Source of the DNA: Candidatus Bathyarchaeota archaeon
GTDB lineage: Archaea; Thermoproteota; Bathyarchaeia; 40CM-2-53-6
NCBI GenBank assembly: GCA_963726255.1
Contig: CAVSBL010000002.1
Location: 704,001 to 768,000, forward strand
Direction: 5' to 3'
Length of the DNA: 64,000 nt
Under the pieces are notes generated by a model. It saw only the letters and a program-made list of their open reading frames with translations. It had not been told where the DNA came from and searched no databases. Both the position numbers and the translations under genes were made by a program. Positions 1-10,100 of this stretch are shown here, in pieces. The number at the start of each line of letters is the position of its first letter. Position 1 is the stretch's first letter.

Positions 1-248
1 ATTCCCAAAATTGCACCCACCCCTGCAGAGATCACACTAAACAATACAAAACCGAACAAGAGGATGAGCACAACCATTTCTACCGTCAGCCCTAGAAGCT
101 TTACCACCGGTAGCTGCAAATCGAGTGTGGCCATGTACGTCAAGGTCAATTTACCATCCGACGCTAGAAACGAAACACCGTACTGCACCGTAGGGTACAG
201 AACACCTGCTACCACTCCAGACTTGATGCCCGAGGGACTATCCTTCAT
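1..248 (-). CDS. Membrane protein immediately downstream of the full-length Rhs gene (candidate immunity/partner), truncated by the window edge
   Basis: Not in the ORF track. Manual translation from ATG at 248: MKDSPSGIKSGVVAGVLYPTVQYGV...VVLILLFGFVLFSVISAGVGAILG. Paralogous to 7266..7787 (SAGIKAGLIAGLLYP...CAFLGAIAG). Starts 10 nt after the Rhs stop. Confidence 0.8.
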   Translation of the reverse strand, partial: MKDSPSGIKSGVVAGVLYPTVQYGVSFLASDGKLTLTYMATLDLQLPVVKLLGLTVEMVVLILLFGFVLFSVISAGVGAILG

Positions 249-258
249 GGATTCGCCT

Positions 259-3200
259 TCATTTGGGAGGGCAGCTTCCTCGTCCGAGCATTTCGAGCAG
301 GGTTCCTGTTACTACCAGGGAGAGGCCAACTCCGATCGTGATATATTCAACAACTTCGTACTCGGGCGCAAATTCCACGGGGAATCCGAATGGGCCCGGG
401 ATACTGGCTGGTAGGGGAGGACTAGGATTGATCGCGGCGTTGAAGATATTCCATCCAGTCGATACCATATTTTGCCCTGTTGTATAGGTCTCGCATGAGA
501 ATCGTGGTGTAACGATCCCGATAAAGCCCAATCCAGGGGTCGCTACGGTCCCGTAATTCAATGCTAGTAGTGCGCCGCGGGGGATGTGAACGTTCGTTGA
601 TGCTGCGGGGTCGGATGATGCTGTGTTGGCTGCTGCGCCAAACGTCATCCTAAGCCAAGCGCGGAATCGCATCGGGTGCGAATGGTGGCTCGAATACTCC
701 TCATAAGCGTCTTCAAGGTCTCGAAGCTCCTTGTCCAACTCTTCCCACGACCTTTCCGCCGAAGCGCCCGGAACGCGTTCTATGTCGTACGCGGCTTCTG
801 GAAGCTTCGCCCCGTCCGGGTCCACGTAGCGTTCAGGGTTGTTTAGGGCGTAGGTATAGCGGTTAAGCGATTGTGGGTTCAAGTAGTTCGCCTGCGCCAA
901 GTCCAAAGTCATGAACCTGCCGGATTGGCTGTCGTAGTACCTGTATCCGTAGTACGATAAGCCTGTGGCCACATCCAACTGTTTCCCAGTGAACTGGAAC
1001 ACCTCCGCTCCGGACGTGGCGTACGTGTTCCCGTAAGGCAGATACTTCGCGGAGAACACCGGCTGGCTCGCAGCCTGTGTTTCTAGTCGTACGCTTCCTA
1101 ACCGGTCTAGGTGGTAGAAACTGCTAACCCCCGCCTGAACTTTCCCAATTAGTAAGCCACCTGCGAAGACAATGTCACTCGTCAAACCCGTCGTCAAATC
1201 CTTCACGTAGCATGGATCCCACGAGCCGGCCTGGTAATCGTAAATCGTTGTGTCCGTAGCAGTGGTCTGCACCCTCCGCCCATCCCCATCATACAACGCC
1301 TGAAGGGCTGTTTGCCCGTTGAGCTGGACCTGTTTGAGGCGGTTCTCGTAATCGTACGTATAACTCCAAGAACTTGAGCCAGAGGTCTTGCTGACCGTGT
1401 TCCCATTATTGTCGTACGAGTAGCTTGTGGATCCTGCGGACATTAGCTTATTGTATGAACCGTACGAGTAGGTCGTGCCAGTACCGTTCACAACAGCGCT
1501 TAATCGATTTCCAACTTCGTCGTACGTGTAATCTAATGACCCGAACGGCCCGCTCGCACTTGTAAGCCTGTTCAGGTCGTCGTAACCATACGTTTCCTGA
1601 CCGTTGTTAACGCTTGTGGGGTTGCCGTTCGGGTCGTACGCGTAATTCAGATCGAGAAGCGTTGCGGTAGCGTTCCATGTGTGTATGCCTGTGATGCGCG
1701 CGAGTTGGTCGTATGAGTAAGCGGTTTGAACTCCATTCCCATAACTGATGGTGGCGGGTTGGTTGTTCTTGCGGTATGTGAGGGTGGCGGCATTGCCGAC
1801 GGTGGTAATGCGGTTAAGCGCGTCGTACTTGTAGCTCAGCACGTAGCCGTCAGGGTAGGTGAGTTGAATTAGGTTGCTTGCCGCATCATACTGGTAGCTT
1901 AACGTGTAAGCCTGGCCGTTTATGGTTCGTGACTCGGATAGGAGGCGGCTGCGGGGGTCGTAAGTGTAAGTTGTTGTGGCCGAGCTGTCGGTCATTTGAA
2001 CTCGGTTGCTGTCCTCGTCATAGGAATATTGAACTGTAGACGTGTCAGGGTAGGTTATCTTGGTCAACCGGTTGATCTCGTCATAAGTGTATGTTATCAG
2101 CGTGTTGTTCTGTGTTCTTCGGGAAACTAGGTTGCCAACATTGTCGTATGTTCGGTTTTCGAAGGTTGTGTCGGGGAATTTGGTCTGCACTAATCTGTTC
2201 AAATTATCATAGAAGTATGAGGTGATCTGATTCTTTGCGTCTGCAATTTGGAGTAGGTTGCCTACTGAATCGAAGGTATAGCTAGCATCGTAGCTTTGGC
2301 CGCCCACGTGTTCTGTGACGGTTACAAGGCGGTTCTGCCAGTCGTAATAGTAATCGGTCGGATGCCCCTTTTCGTCGAACGCGGTTACCTGGTTGGAGGC
2401 GTCGCTGTAAACCCACTGCTTGAAGGTTCCATCCGGATGATTCAGCGTAAGCATACGCCCGAAGAAATCGTATGTGTACGTCGTAACGTTACCGGTTGGG
2501 TCAGTGTAAGTTTTCACTTTATCATTCCAGTAGTAGGTGGAAAGTGCTGTTGAGTAGGGGGCACCGTTGGCATAGGTCTGCGTTTGAGTTAGTCGTCCAA
2601 GCCCGTCGAAATAGGATCGGGTATAGTTATTGTTCTCATCGTATGCCGTCATGATGTTGTTGACATCGTCGTACGATGTTCGGCGCTGAGCACGCACGCC
2701 CCCAATTGCAGGATAAGTAATCGTGGTTAGTCTGTCGATGGCGTCGTACCCATAATTCGTAACGTTCCCCGATGGTGATGTGACCTGTGTTCGATCACCC
2801 GTCGTAGAGTTGTACGCATAGCTTGTTGATAGAGTTGTTCCGGCCACATGTTCGTCTGCTTGCGTCAAATAGGCGTACTGGTAGGTTGAGGAGAACGTGT
2901 AATTCACGTAATGGCCATTCGCGTCTACTCTCGATACTCGGTTGCCATAGCCAGTGGTATCGTACGTGTACTTAGTGGTTACCCAGACGGTTCCATTCAG
3001 GCTGTTCTCCTGTAGTAGGTTTCCTGAGCTATCAAATTTGGAGTAGAGTGCTTCGCAGAAACCGTAGCCGACTCCGTTCGGAAACTCAACCACCGCGGCG
3101 ACACGGTCGTGTATGTTGTCGCCAACGTTGTTAGGGAAGAAATAGGTAGAGCAACCGTGCTGGGTCATATTGAAGTTGGTGCCGTAGAAATCAACGAAAT

Positions 3201-3534
3201 GGCCTTGGTAGGACGTGTTGGCGTAGGAGTAGAAGGTCTCCCGATAACTGGTTGGATTTACTGCGAGGCGTCGGTAAACTAGGTTTGCCCAGTCGTCGAA
3301 GCTGAAGTAGTTGGTGTAGCTTACGCCAGAGCCGGCGGGGAAAACTGTCACCTGATTAACCTGTCCGTTGACGTTGTACTGTTTGACTACTTTTCTTATC
3401 GGCTGAGCTTGAGAGTTCTCTGTTGTCTCCGTCACATTTGTTTCGGTGAACAGATAATTCACGTACCCTTGGACTGATGAAGTCTCATCAGAAAACGTGA
3501 TACTGCTAGAAGTGAGAGCATTGGCTGGATCTAC
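259..3534 (-). CDS. Rhs/YD-repeat protein, C-terminal part (YD repeats, Rhs core, PxxxxDPDG cleavage motif, variable tip)
   Basis: Many YD repeats (TYTYDFFGRM, YTFDSVGNL, YGYDDLNRL). Core FTGKQLDVATGLSYYGYRYYDSQSGRF...YALNNPERYVDPDG. This frame stays open upstream of the tracked GTG (3462) to ~3534 (VDPANALTSSSITFSDETSSVQGYVNY), so it continues the upstream ORF after a -1 frameshift. Confidence 0.93.
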   Translation of the reverse strand, partial: VDPANALTSSSITFSDETSSVQGYVNYLFTETNVTETTENSQAQPIRKVVKQYNVNGQVNQVTVFPAGSGVSYTNYFSFDDWANLVYRRLAVNPTSYRETFYSYANTSYQGHFVDFYGTNFNMTQHGCSTYFFPNNVGDNIHDRVAAVVEFPNGVGYGFCEALYSKFDSSGNLLQENSLNGTVWVTTKYTYDTTGYGNRVSRVDANGHYVNYTFSSTYQYAYLTQADEHVAGTTLSTSYAYNSTTGDRTQVTSPSGNVTNYGYDAIDRLTTITYPAIGGVRAQRRTSYDDVNNIMTAYDENNNYTRSYFDGLGRLTQTQTYANGAPYSTALSTYYWNDKVKTYTDPTGNVTTYTYDFFGRMLTLNHPDGTFKQWVYSDASNQVTAFDEKGHPTDYYYDWQNRLVTVTEHVGGQSYDASYTFDSVGNLLQIADAKNQITSYFYDNLNRLVQTKFPDTTFENRTYDNVGNLVSRRTQNNTLITYTYDEINRLTKITYPDTSTVQYSYDEDSNRVQMTDSSATTTYTYDPRSRLLSESRTINGQAYTLSYQYDAASNLIQLTYPDGYVLSYKYDALNRITTVGNAATLTYRKNNQPATISYGNGVQTAYSYDQLARITGIHTWNATATLLDLNYAYDPNGNPTSVNNGQETYGYDDLNRLTSASGPFGSLDYTYDEVGNRLSAVVNGTGTTYSYGSYNKLMSAGSTSYSYDNNGNTVSKTSGSSSWSYTYDYENRLKQVQLNGQTALQALYDGDGRRVQTTATDTTIYDYQAGSWDPCYVKDLTTGLTSDIVFAGGLLIGKVQAGVSSFYHLDRLGSVRLETQAASQPVFSAKYLPYGNTYATSGAEVFQFTGKQLDVATGLSYYGYRYYDSQSGRFMTLDLAQANYLNPQSLNRYTYALNNPERYVDPDGAKLPEAAYDIERVPGASAERSWEELDKELRDLEDAYEEYSSHHSHPMRFRAWLRMTFGAAANTASSDPAASTNVHIPRGALLALNYGTVATPGLGFIGIVTPRFSCETYTTGQNMVSTGWNIFNAAINPSPPLPASIPGPFGFPVEFAPEYEVVEYITIGVGLSLVVTGTLLEMLGRGSCPPK
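643..681. repeat. 39-bp perfect inverted repeat copy (partner 11258..11296) inside the Rhs tip
   Basis: The reverse complement of 643-681 is tcgcacccgatgcgattccgcgcttggcttaggatgacg, identical to 11258-11296. Confidence 0.9.
947..1000. repeat. 54-bp inverted repeat copy (partner 6837..6890, 1 mismatch) in the Rhs core; related copies in the other cassettes
   Basis: gttccagttcactgggaaacagttgga(t/c)gtggccacaggcttatcgtactacgg occurs on - at 947-1000 and on + at 6837-6890. Similar sequence lies near 7920, 9375 and 14145. Confidence 0.9.
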
Positions 3535-6425
3535 CCGTAATTGAAGGTCTCCTGCCGAACTCTGCCACTTGGAAGGTAGACTGTCTGCTGGCTCACATGC
3601 AATTGTTGTACCTCGGTTCCAATCCGAAGAGCGTATGCATAAGCGTAAGAAGTGTACCCGCCAGTTGGGTAGGTTATCTTAGTAAGATAGCTGGGACCGA
3701 AGGACGATGCGTATTCATAGCCTGTCACTCGACCAACCGGGTCCTGCACGCTGACAAGGTTCCCATTCGCGTTATAATTGTACGTCCATATCCGACCACC
3801 CGCATTAACCGACGTGACACGACCGTTCGCATCATGATTGAGGGTGATTGTCCGGCCAATGGTGTCCGTGACGACGTGCAGTCGGTTGGAACTGTACGTG
3901 AGTGTGATTGAATTGTGCTGGGTTCGGTCTTGGATTTGAGTGAGCCATTTGTTTGAATTGAAACTGTAGACCGTTCCAGATTTGTCTATGAGGGTGAAGG
4001 TTCCGTCTCCGTTCGCCGTAAGTATGAATTGTTCACCTTGATGGTTCACGAATCGACCGTTAACGTATGTAACCTTGTAACCTTGCCCGCCTGTAAGATG
4101 GATGTAGTTCGTCCCCATCCATGGCCAATCAAGGCTCCAGCCGACGCCTAGGTCGGCGTAGGGATAGTTCTCGTATGCGTAGGGCTGGCCGTAGGGCATC
4201 CGAAACACACGGGTAAACGCCAAAGGCCCATTATCGCTCAAGCCTCGCTGTGGAATGGAGAAGTCGGTCTGCGTTATCGTCAGTAGACCGTTGTAGGGTG
4301 AGACGTACTCCTGCAAATTCTGATAATACTCTCCGTACGGGATCAGCCCTTCCTGATCCCAAGGGTCGGAGTACGGTGACCAGACCTGTTGAACAGCAGG
4401 AAACGAACTGAACTTTACCGTATACGGGCCTGACCCCTCAGTCCACACGCCGGTTACGAGGCCGTTTGCGGAGTCTACGGCGGAACTGAGGAGTCCGGGC
4501 GAGTTGAACGTCGTGGCGTTGAGTGGTGTTAGCGTGGGACCCCAACCATGGAGGATCGTGTGTTGCCGGTAGTAGATTGTGTTTGAACTCACATACAAAA
4601 CATTGAGGCTGTTGCGAGTGCCCAGAGAGATTGCTGGGCTACTACTGGTAGCGGGAGCAAGCGTGGCGTAGCCGCTCCAGGTGCCGTTATTCCAAGACCG
4701 ATATCGGAGTGAAAGGTCCGAGTATACGTAGACTAGGTTCACTTGGGTTGTGTTTGAAACTGCAGATCCAAAGTTATGCCACATATCTGGCGCGGAGTCT
4801 ACAATCGAGACTGTGCTCCATGCTGTTGACCGTGCATAATAGATAATTCCATTGGCAGCATCATGAAAGATGCCAAGCATTACGCCGTTGGCCAACGGTG
4901 ACAATATCGGGAAATAGTTGCAGCAATTAACCGTATGCACTAGGTTATCTGATTTCACCGAAGCGGACGAGCCCCAACTTGCACCGTTCACATCGGTACT
5001 CTTCTTGGCGAGCAAGGTTCGGCTTCCCTCATATATGTACGGAATACAGCGCGTAAGCGGTTGCGATTGCGCCACACTGCCACAACCTTCGTTAATCCTG
5101 CTCTTGACGTACCACGTGTACATTGTTGTGATCTGTCCGTCAGTGCCAACTGCAATATTCGGGTCTTGGAGATTTGACCAAACGGCAACAGCTCCGTTAT
5201 CTGTGTACGTACGCGTATCCACCGTTACAATCGAACCCCAACCGATCGAGGTTCCGCTCACGTTTCCTTTCCGGAAGTATAGGTAGGCTGTTGCAGCTGT
5301 GGTTCCTGTTGCACTCGTGCCGGCAACGGCATAGACGCTACCTGAGTCATACCAGATCGCCGTGGCCGAATACGACCATAATGTCCCCACGTAATTCCAT
5401 GTCTGCCCGTCACTCGAATATTTGTAGACCGTAGAGGAGCCATTGTAGAAGAAGACCCAGTAATTCGAGCCGTCGAAGAATATATGGCGTTGATAACTCT
5501 CCGCTGTAGCAGAACCTACACTAGATTGGCCTACAATTGTTGGGTCAATTGCGGACACGTTTGCGGGGAAGGTTATGACTGCGGCTGATCCAGATATGTA
5601 TCCGAAGAGAGGGATGCGCCCGAAACCTATCTTCGCCTTCAAAGCGGAGTCACTCCAATCGACCAAAGCCCACGTTCGCCACGTCTCTGGGTTGGGCGTT
5701 AACCCCAGTTCAAGCTGGGTTTCATTCATGCTCACGGGTGTGACGCTTGTGTAATTCTCGAAGCTCAGCCCTTCCGACATTGCCTTGAACCTTGCGAAGG
5801 CTTTGGGTCCGTGAACAATCCACAGGATGTTGAAACCATGATCAGTAAGCGAACTGGCGGCGTTGAGGTGAATTGACATCTTCGGACGGTTCACTTTGTC
5901 AAAAACAAAACCGACTTGAAGTGTACCAACAACGGCTCCTTCCGATCGTAAATTGACTGAATAACGAAAATGATTGCCGTTCAAACTCGCCATGTCAATC
6001 GTATAGTTCGAGAAGACTATGGGCGATCGGAAAGTAGAGTTCACATAGAAAATACTGTGAGTCACGAGCGAAGTGCCGTCCCTATAGGCGAAACTCATGA
6101 AAGGCTGAGTCTTATCGAAGACGTACTGGCCGAAGGATGTTTTGAAGGCCATTCGACCGGGTAGGTTCTGGTAACTTGGGTCGATTAACGGAAATTCCTG
6201 AAATAGCGTCGAGACCGTTGGCTGCGGCGGAACAATCGGAGAATAAGAGTTCGGGACTGAAATACCCGGATTGCTTGCTTGCACTGGCAGCGTTCTAATT
6301 GCTGGAAAGGCTCGAACGATCCCTTCCCAGTAGATTGCCATGGAAATTGTGAGGCATAATAGGACGGCTGCTCGCAGAACGGTTAGTACCGTAGTCCGAC
6401 GACATGGCCTAGTCATCTCTAACAA
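3531..6425 (-). CDS. Rhs/YD-repeat protein, N-terminal part (signal peptide, large extracellular domains, DUF6531-like region, first YD repeats)
   Basis: Basic N-terminus plus hydrophobic helix. VSPYNGLLTITQTDFSIP...FTRVFR...LGVGWSLDW is typical of the pre-YD DUF6531 region, followed by YD repeats. Ends at TAC GGG TAG where one extra G would fuse it to the downstream ORF. Confidence 0.9.
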   Translation of the reverse strand: MLEMTRPCRRTTVLTVLRAAVLLCLTISMAIYWEGIVRAFPAIRTLPVQASNPGISVPNSYSPIVPPQPTVSTLFQEFPLIDPSYQNLPGRMAFKTSFGQYVFDKTQPFMSFAYRDGTSLVTHSIFYVNSTFRSPIVFSNYTIDMASLNGNHFRYSVNLRSEGAVVGTLQVGFVFDKVNRPKMSIHLNAASSLTDHGFNILWIVHGPKAFARFKAMSEGLSFENYTSVTPVSMNETQLELGLTPNPETWRTWALVDWSDSALKAKIGFGRIPLFGYISGSAAVITFPANVSAIDPTIVGQSSVGSATAESYQRHIFFDGSNYWVFFYNGSSTVYKYSSDGQTWNYVGTLWSYSATAIWYDSGSVYAVAGTSATGTTAATAYLYFRKGNVSGTSIGWGSIVTVDTRTYTDNGAVAVWSNLQDPNIAVGTDGQITTMYTWYVKSRINEGCGSVAQSQPLTRCIPYIYEGSRTLLAKKSTDVNGASWGSSASVKSDNLVHTVNCCNYFPILSPLANGVMLGIFHDAANGIIYYARSTAWSTVSIVDSAPDMWHNFGSAVSNTTQVNLVYVYSDLSLRYRSWNNGTWSGYATLAPATSSSPAISLGTRNSLNVLYVSSNTIYYRQHTILHGWGPTLTPLNATTFNSPGLLSSAVDSANGLVTGVWTEGSGPYTVKFSSFPAVQQVWSPYSDPWDQEGLIPYGEYYQNLQEYVSPYNGLLTITQTDFSIPQRGLSDNGPLAFTRVFRMPYGQPYAYENYPYADLGVGWSLDWPWMGTNYIHLTGGQGYKVTYVNGRFVNHQGEQFILTANGDGTFTLIDKSGTVYSFNSNKWLTQIQDRTQHNSITLTYSSNRLHVVTDTIGRTITLNHDANGRVTSVNAGGRIWTYNYNANGNLVSVQDPVGRVTGYEYASSFGPSYLTKITYPTGGYTSYAYAYALRIGTEVQQLHVSQQTVYLPSGRVRQETFNYG

Positions 6426-6513
6426 CCACGCCGCAAGAACTCTGAATGGAGTCGCGTACGTCTGTTCTTAAGGCACTTGGCTACTTACAGTAAATACGCT
6501 GCGGCAGGTTGCG

Positions 6514-7269
6514 TTGAACATGCAGCTTGTGTTTGAGGCGTTGTATGATGGTGACGGACGTCGAATCGAGACAGTCGCTGGGGACACGTCCATCTACCAT
6601 TACCAGGCCGGCTCCTGGGACCCAGCCTACGTGAAAGATTTGACGACAGGCCTATCGACCAACATCATCTTCGCCGCGGGCTTACGAATTGGAAAGGTGC
6701 AGGGTGGGGTTAGCAGCTTCTATCACTTGGACAGGTTGGGAAGCGTCCGCCTCGAAACCCAGGCTGCGAGCCAGCAGGCTTTCTCAGCGAAATATCTGCC
6801 CTACGGGAACACGTACGCCACATCAGGAGCGGAGGCGTTCCAGTTCACTGGGAAACAGTTGGACGTGGCCACAGGCTTATCGTACTACGGGTACAGATAC
6901 TATGACGACCAGATTGGCAGGTTCCTTACTCAAGATAAAGGTAAGTCTAATCTCTTCACCCCTCAGACGCTAGACAGATACTCGTACGTAATCAACAATC
7001 CTAACGTCTATACCGATCCAGATGGGCTGGCTATTGGTGATGAATTTGGTTTCGGATGCGGTCCTTCGGGGCTATCGTATGATTTATTTGAATTAGGGAA
7101 TGAAATCCTCCGAGCTCTTGGTCTTCCAGCGTTTCATGATCCGTTTAGGAGTTGGTGCGAAGGCCCGTTCAAGGACAATGAAAGGAATTACAACGAGAAA
7201 CACAGTCAAACAGATAGATCACAACTTGAGCATATTAAAATCTCGGCTGGGGTGAGTGGCTGGTATTGA
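6514..7269 (+). CDS. Orphan Rhs cassette 1 (about 170 aa of Rhs core + unique tip)
   Basis: Begins abruptly in core sequence (ALYDGDGRR...YHLDRLGSVRLETQ...) nearly identical to the full-length gene, then NNPNVYTDPDG and an unrelated ~80-aa tip. No signal peptide; probably silent. Confidence 0.9.
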   Translation: MNMQLVFEALYDGDGRRIETVAGDTSIYHYQAGSWDPAYVKDLTTGLSTNIIFAAGLRIGKVQGGVSSFYHLDRLGSVRLETQAASQQAFSAKYLPYGNTYATSGAEAFQFTGKQLDVATGLSYYGYRYYDDQIGRFLTQDKGKSNLFTPQTLDRYSYVINNPNVYTDPDGLAIGDEFGFGCGPSGLSYDLFELGNEILRALGLPAFHDPFRSWCEGPFKDNERNYNEKHSQTDRSQLEHIKISAGVSGWY

Positions 7270-7787
7270 CATCGCTAGACACAATTGATTCGCCGCGCAA
7301 GAAGCACACACGCATCGGTGGATCGCATTCCGTTCGAAGGGAAACTTCCGCGGGAATTAAAGCCGGCCTTATAGCGGGCTTGCTTTATCCTGGCTTGTCC
7401 ATAATCCTGATGTTAGATAGTTGGCTTGCGTACATATCATATACTATAAAGACCAACGTCCCACCGATGCCCATCCGAGAAGCGATCTTTGTCCTAGCTC
7501 TATTGTTCCTGATAGTAATCGTTGTCTGCGCATTTCTTGGAGCGATTGCGGGTTTCGCATTCTCTAGGTCGGTGAACAGGCTTCCATTTCATTCAATTTA
7601 CGCTAAGGCCGTTGTTTCTGTGACTTGCCTGTGGCTTTTGCTTTTCCTGGTCAAATGGTCGATCTCACGTGACGAATATTTGCCTCAAGACTTTGTAAGT
7701 ATGGCTTTGAGTGCCCTGGTCTTTGCCTACCTTTTTGGTCGGTGGAGCAAGTCAAAGACCCTATTGAAATCCGATATGCCTTTGTGA
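7266..7787 (+). CDS. Four-TM membrane protein, candidate immunity/partner of cassette 1
   Basis: Overlaps the cassette stop, has four hydrophobic segments, and is paralogous to 1..248. Confidence 0.75.
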   Translation: MTSLDTIDSPRKKHTRIGGSHSVRRETSAGIKAGLIAGLLYPGLSIILMLDSWLAYISYTIKTNVPPMPIREAIFVLALLFLIVIVVCAFLGAIAGFAFSRSVNRLPFHSIYAKAVVSVTCLWLLLFLVKWSISRDEYLPQDFVSMALSALVFAYLFGRWSKSKTLLKSDMPL

Positions 7788-8467
7788 AGAACAGCGCCCA
7801 CTCTTTCTTGAGGCGGTTGGGGAGCGTTCGGCTTATGACCCAAGGGGCGAATCAACAAGGGTTCTCGGCGGAATACGTGCCCTACGGGAACACGTACTCC
7901 ACATCAGGCGCCGAAACGTTCCAGTACACAGGAAAACAATTGGACGTCCCAACTGGGTTATACTATTATGGGTACAGGTACTATGACAGCCAATCCGGAC
8001 GATTCATCACTCAAGATACCACGCAGCCAATTCTCGTGGCACCCCAGACTCTAAACCGATTCTCATACGCTCTGAACAACCCAAGCACAAACAGGGATCT
8101 GGACGGGCGTCAGTCTGATCCGATCGAGTGGCTGGGACCGGTAATCGCGGCCGGTATACTTGGTCCCGAAGCTCTCGTTGCGGCAGCTGCTATATTGGGG
8201 ATCATTACATTAGCCGAATGGGCTTACAATGCGTATAATGGATCCCGGCCGCCGGGTCTATACTATGAACCACCAAACCCGGTTCAATCGCCGGACCAGC
8301 TCGGAGCAGCTGCCGAACAATACATGGAACACCTGCGTGTTCAACGGCTTGAGGCATCGCATATTGCTAAAGAAGTCTTAGATGCAGTCGAGCATATGCT
8401 CGAGGGAAAGATGAAGGACTTCGGCCTTAAGGGTCCCCCGGACAAGGTCCACGGTGGGTGGATATAG
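7742..8467 (+). CDS. Orphan Rhs cassette 2 (core from RLGSVRL, ~7810; DLDG; tip with hydrophobic helix)
   Basis: RLGSVRL...YTGKQLDVPTGLYYYGYRYYDSQSGRF...NNPSTNRDLDG, then tip WLGPVIAAGILGPEALVAAAAILGIITLAEW. The ORF start itself is probably not real. Confidence 0.88.
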   Translation: MEQVKDPIEIRYAFVKNSAHSFLRRLGSVRLMTQGANQQGFSAEYVPYGNTYSTSGAETFQYTGKQLDVPTGLYYYGYRYYDSQSGRFITQDTTQPILVAPQTLNRFSYALNNPSTNRDLDGRQSDPIEWLGPVIAAGILGPEALVAAAAILGIITLAEWAYNAYNGSRPPGLYYEPPNPVQSPDQLGAAAEQYMEHLRVQRLEASHIAKEVLDAVEHMLEGKMKDFGLKGPPDKVHGGWI

Positions 8468-9273
8468 AGCGGAGCTTCCTCATCGATTGTATGGTTTGGA
8501 TTCACAGGAGTGGGCGAGAAATCATCGACGTTACTTCGTACGCGTTTGCCATACCCATTGAGATATCGTCATTGATTCTTGTGTGGGGCCTATTTCGGTT
8601 TAGACAATCAACTAAACCGGCTGAGCCGCCTAAATATGAAACCTACGAAGTATTTCTCCCAACCGCCTCCATTTTTCTTGCAACGCTTGTTGTCTGGATT
8701 TTGGATTCAATTTCAGTGAACCCTTTCGGGGTTTTCCCCAAGCCATCTCAGAGTTCCATTGTCATGATCAGCACTCTCTTCTTACTCGCTCCGACGATTA
8801 TTATACTACGTGCGACGAGGAGAGGTTTCCGTTCGGTGCGTCTGACGTTCGCCGGCACTGGAATCTCCTCATTACTGGGTATTCTAGCATCTCTAATGCT
8901 GCTGATTCCAACCGCGCTTCTCTCCCGCTTCTTCTTGGTTGCGTTAAGTAGGGTAGATTCGATTTATCTCATTTCTCTCGTTTACAACGCGTTCTGTGAA
9001 GAACTGTTCTTCAGAGGCCTCATGCAGACCAGATTGGAAAGCTTCTTCGGATCCAAGACTGGGCTCTTTATAACCGCAGTAATCTTCAGTTTATCTCATG
9101 CCCCTTCATGGATGTTAGTTAGACAACTTTCAGCAGAGGCGTTCATTGCGAATGTGATCCTTAGTCTTCCGTTTGCAATATTGCTAGGTTACATAGCACG
9201 GAAATCAGGTAACCTGGTTGGCTCAACGATAGTGCATGTAGCAAATGACCTTCCTCTGCTATTGCTGACTTAA
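8458..9273 (+). CDS. CPBP (CAAX/Abi) family intramembrane glutamic endopeptidase, candidate immunity for cassette 2
   Basis: Multi-TM protein with the motifs EELFFRG, FSLSH and HVAND. Confidence 0.88.
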   Translation: MDIERSFLIDCMVWIHRSGREIIDVTSYAFAIPIEISSLILVWGLFRFRQSTKPAEPPKYETYEVFLPTASIFLATLVVWILDSISVNPFGVFPKPSQSSIVMISTLFLLAPTIIILRATRRGFRSVRLTFAGTGISSLLGILASLMLLIPTALLSRFFLVALSRVDSIYLISLVYNAFCEELFFRGLMQTRLESFFGSKTGLFITAVIFSLSHAPSWMLVRQLSAEAFIANVILSLPFAILLGYIARKSGNLVGSTIVHVANDLPLLLLT

Positions 9274-9371
9274 GCAAGCAGGGACAAATGGGTCTGTTTT
9301 CTCTCTTATTCTACCTGAAAAATCACATCATATGGGTACAGATGCTCACAGGATGATACACTGGGAATTCA

Positions 9372-10061
9372 TTGGATGTTGCGACAGGCTTATCGTACTA
9401 CGGGTACAGATACTACGACAGCGAATCAGGGAGGTGCCTAACGTTGGACCTGGTGCAGACGGATTACTTGAACCCGCAATCGCTTAACCGCTACACATAT
9501 GCCTTGGATAATCCTATTCGATTTGCGGACTCGGACGGGCTAATGTTCTATGATGTCAACGAGAACGGGGAGAGAGTGGCGGGCGGAATAGAGGCGGTTG
9601 AACGAACACTCTCAGACGTGCCCGGCAGAGGAGAATCCAGAGACCAATTCAGCATAGAGATTACCCATCAAATCGCCACGCAATTCGGCAGCGTAACAAC
9701 GACGACCTCGAGTATGAGCACCGTACCAACTTCATGGGTGAATACAAGCGCACAAACAACCGTAACCACACTAGGATCGCAGGCAACCACAATAAACACA
9801 TCGACTCCAACAACCTCTACAATAGGCCCACCACCAATGCTACAACCTGCGCACACTATTGTGGTGACCGTATCCACGCAAGGGACTACGTACACTGGAA
9901 TAGTCATTTGCCGTAAGTCTACCACATATGTCTTGGAAGGACTGGCCATGGTTGGTCTCAGTATGGGGGCTGAACCGTTCTTCAGTCATGGACTATGGGA
10001 GATTGGTGTAGGAATAGTCGAACGCTTATTCGACCCCAACGATCCCGAGCGGTGTTCATGA
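9372..10061 (+). CDS. Orphan Rhs cassette 3 (short core, DSDG, Thr-rich linker, variable tip)
   Basis: LDVATGLSYYGYRYYD...DNPIRFADSDG. The proximal tip is shared with 13987..14880. Confidence 0.87.
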   Translation: MDVATGLSYYGYRYYDSESGRCLTLDLVQTDYLNPQSLNRYTYALDNPIRFADSDGLMFYDVNENGERVAGGIEAVERTLSDVPGRGESRDQFSIEITHQIATQFGSVTTTTSSMSTVPTSWVNTSAQTTVTTLGSQATTINTSTPTTSTIGPPPMLQPAHTIVVTVSTQGTTYTGIVICRKSTTYVLEGLAMVGLSMGAEPFFSHGLWEIGVGIVERLFDPNDPERCS

Positions 10062-10100
10062 GCATTATGCAAATTAAAATGTGCTTCGTCGACAAATGCC

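Noticed and set aside
3531-3533. Amber (pyrrolysine) readthrough joining the two Rhs ORFs
   Set aside because: The downstream ORF is in a different frame, and the readthrough frame hits TGA within ~25 codons. It is a frameshift.
6380-6425. Tat signal on the Rhs protein (PCRRTTVL)
   Set aside because: Poor match to S/T-R-R-x-F-L-K, and tatAC are 45 kb away. Sec export or a signal anchor is equally plausible.
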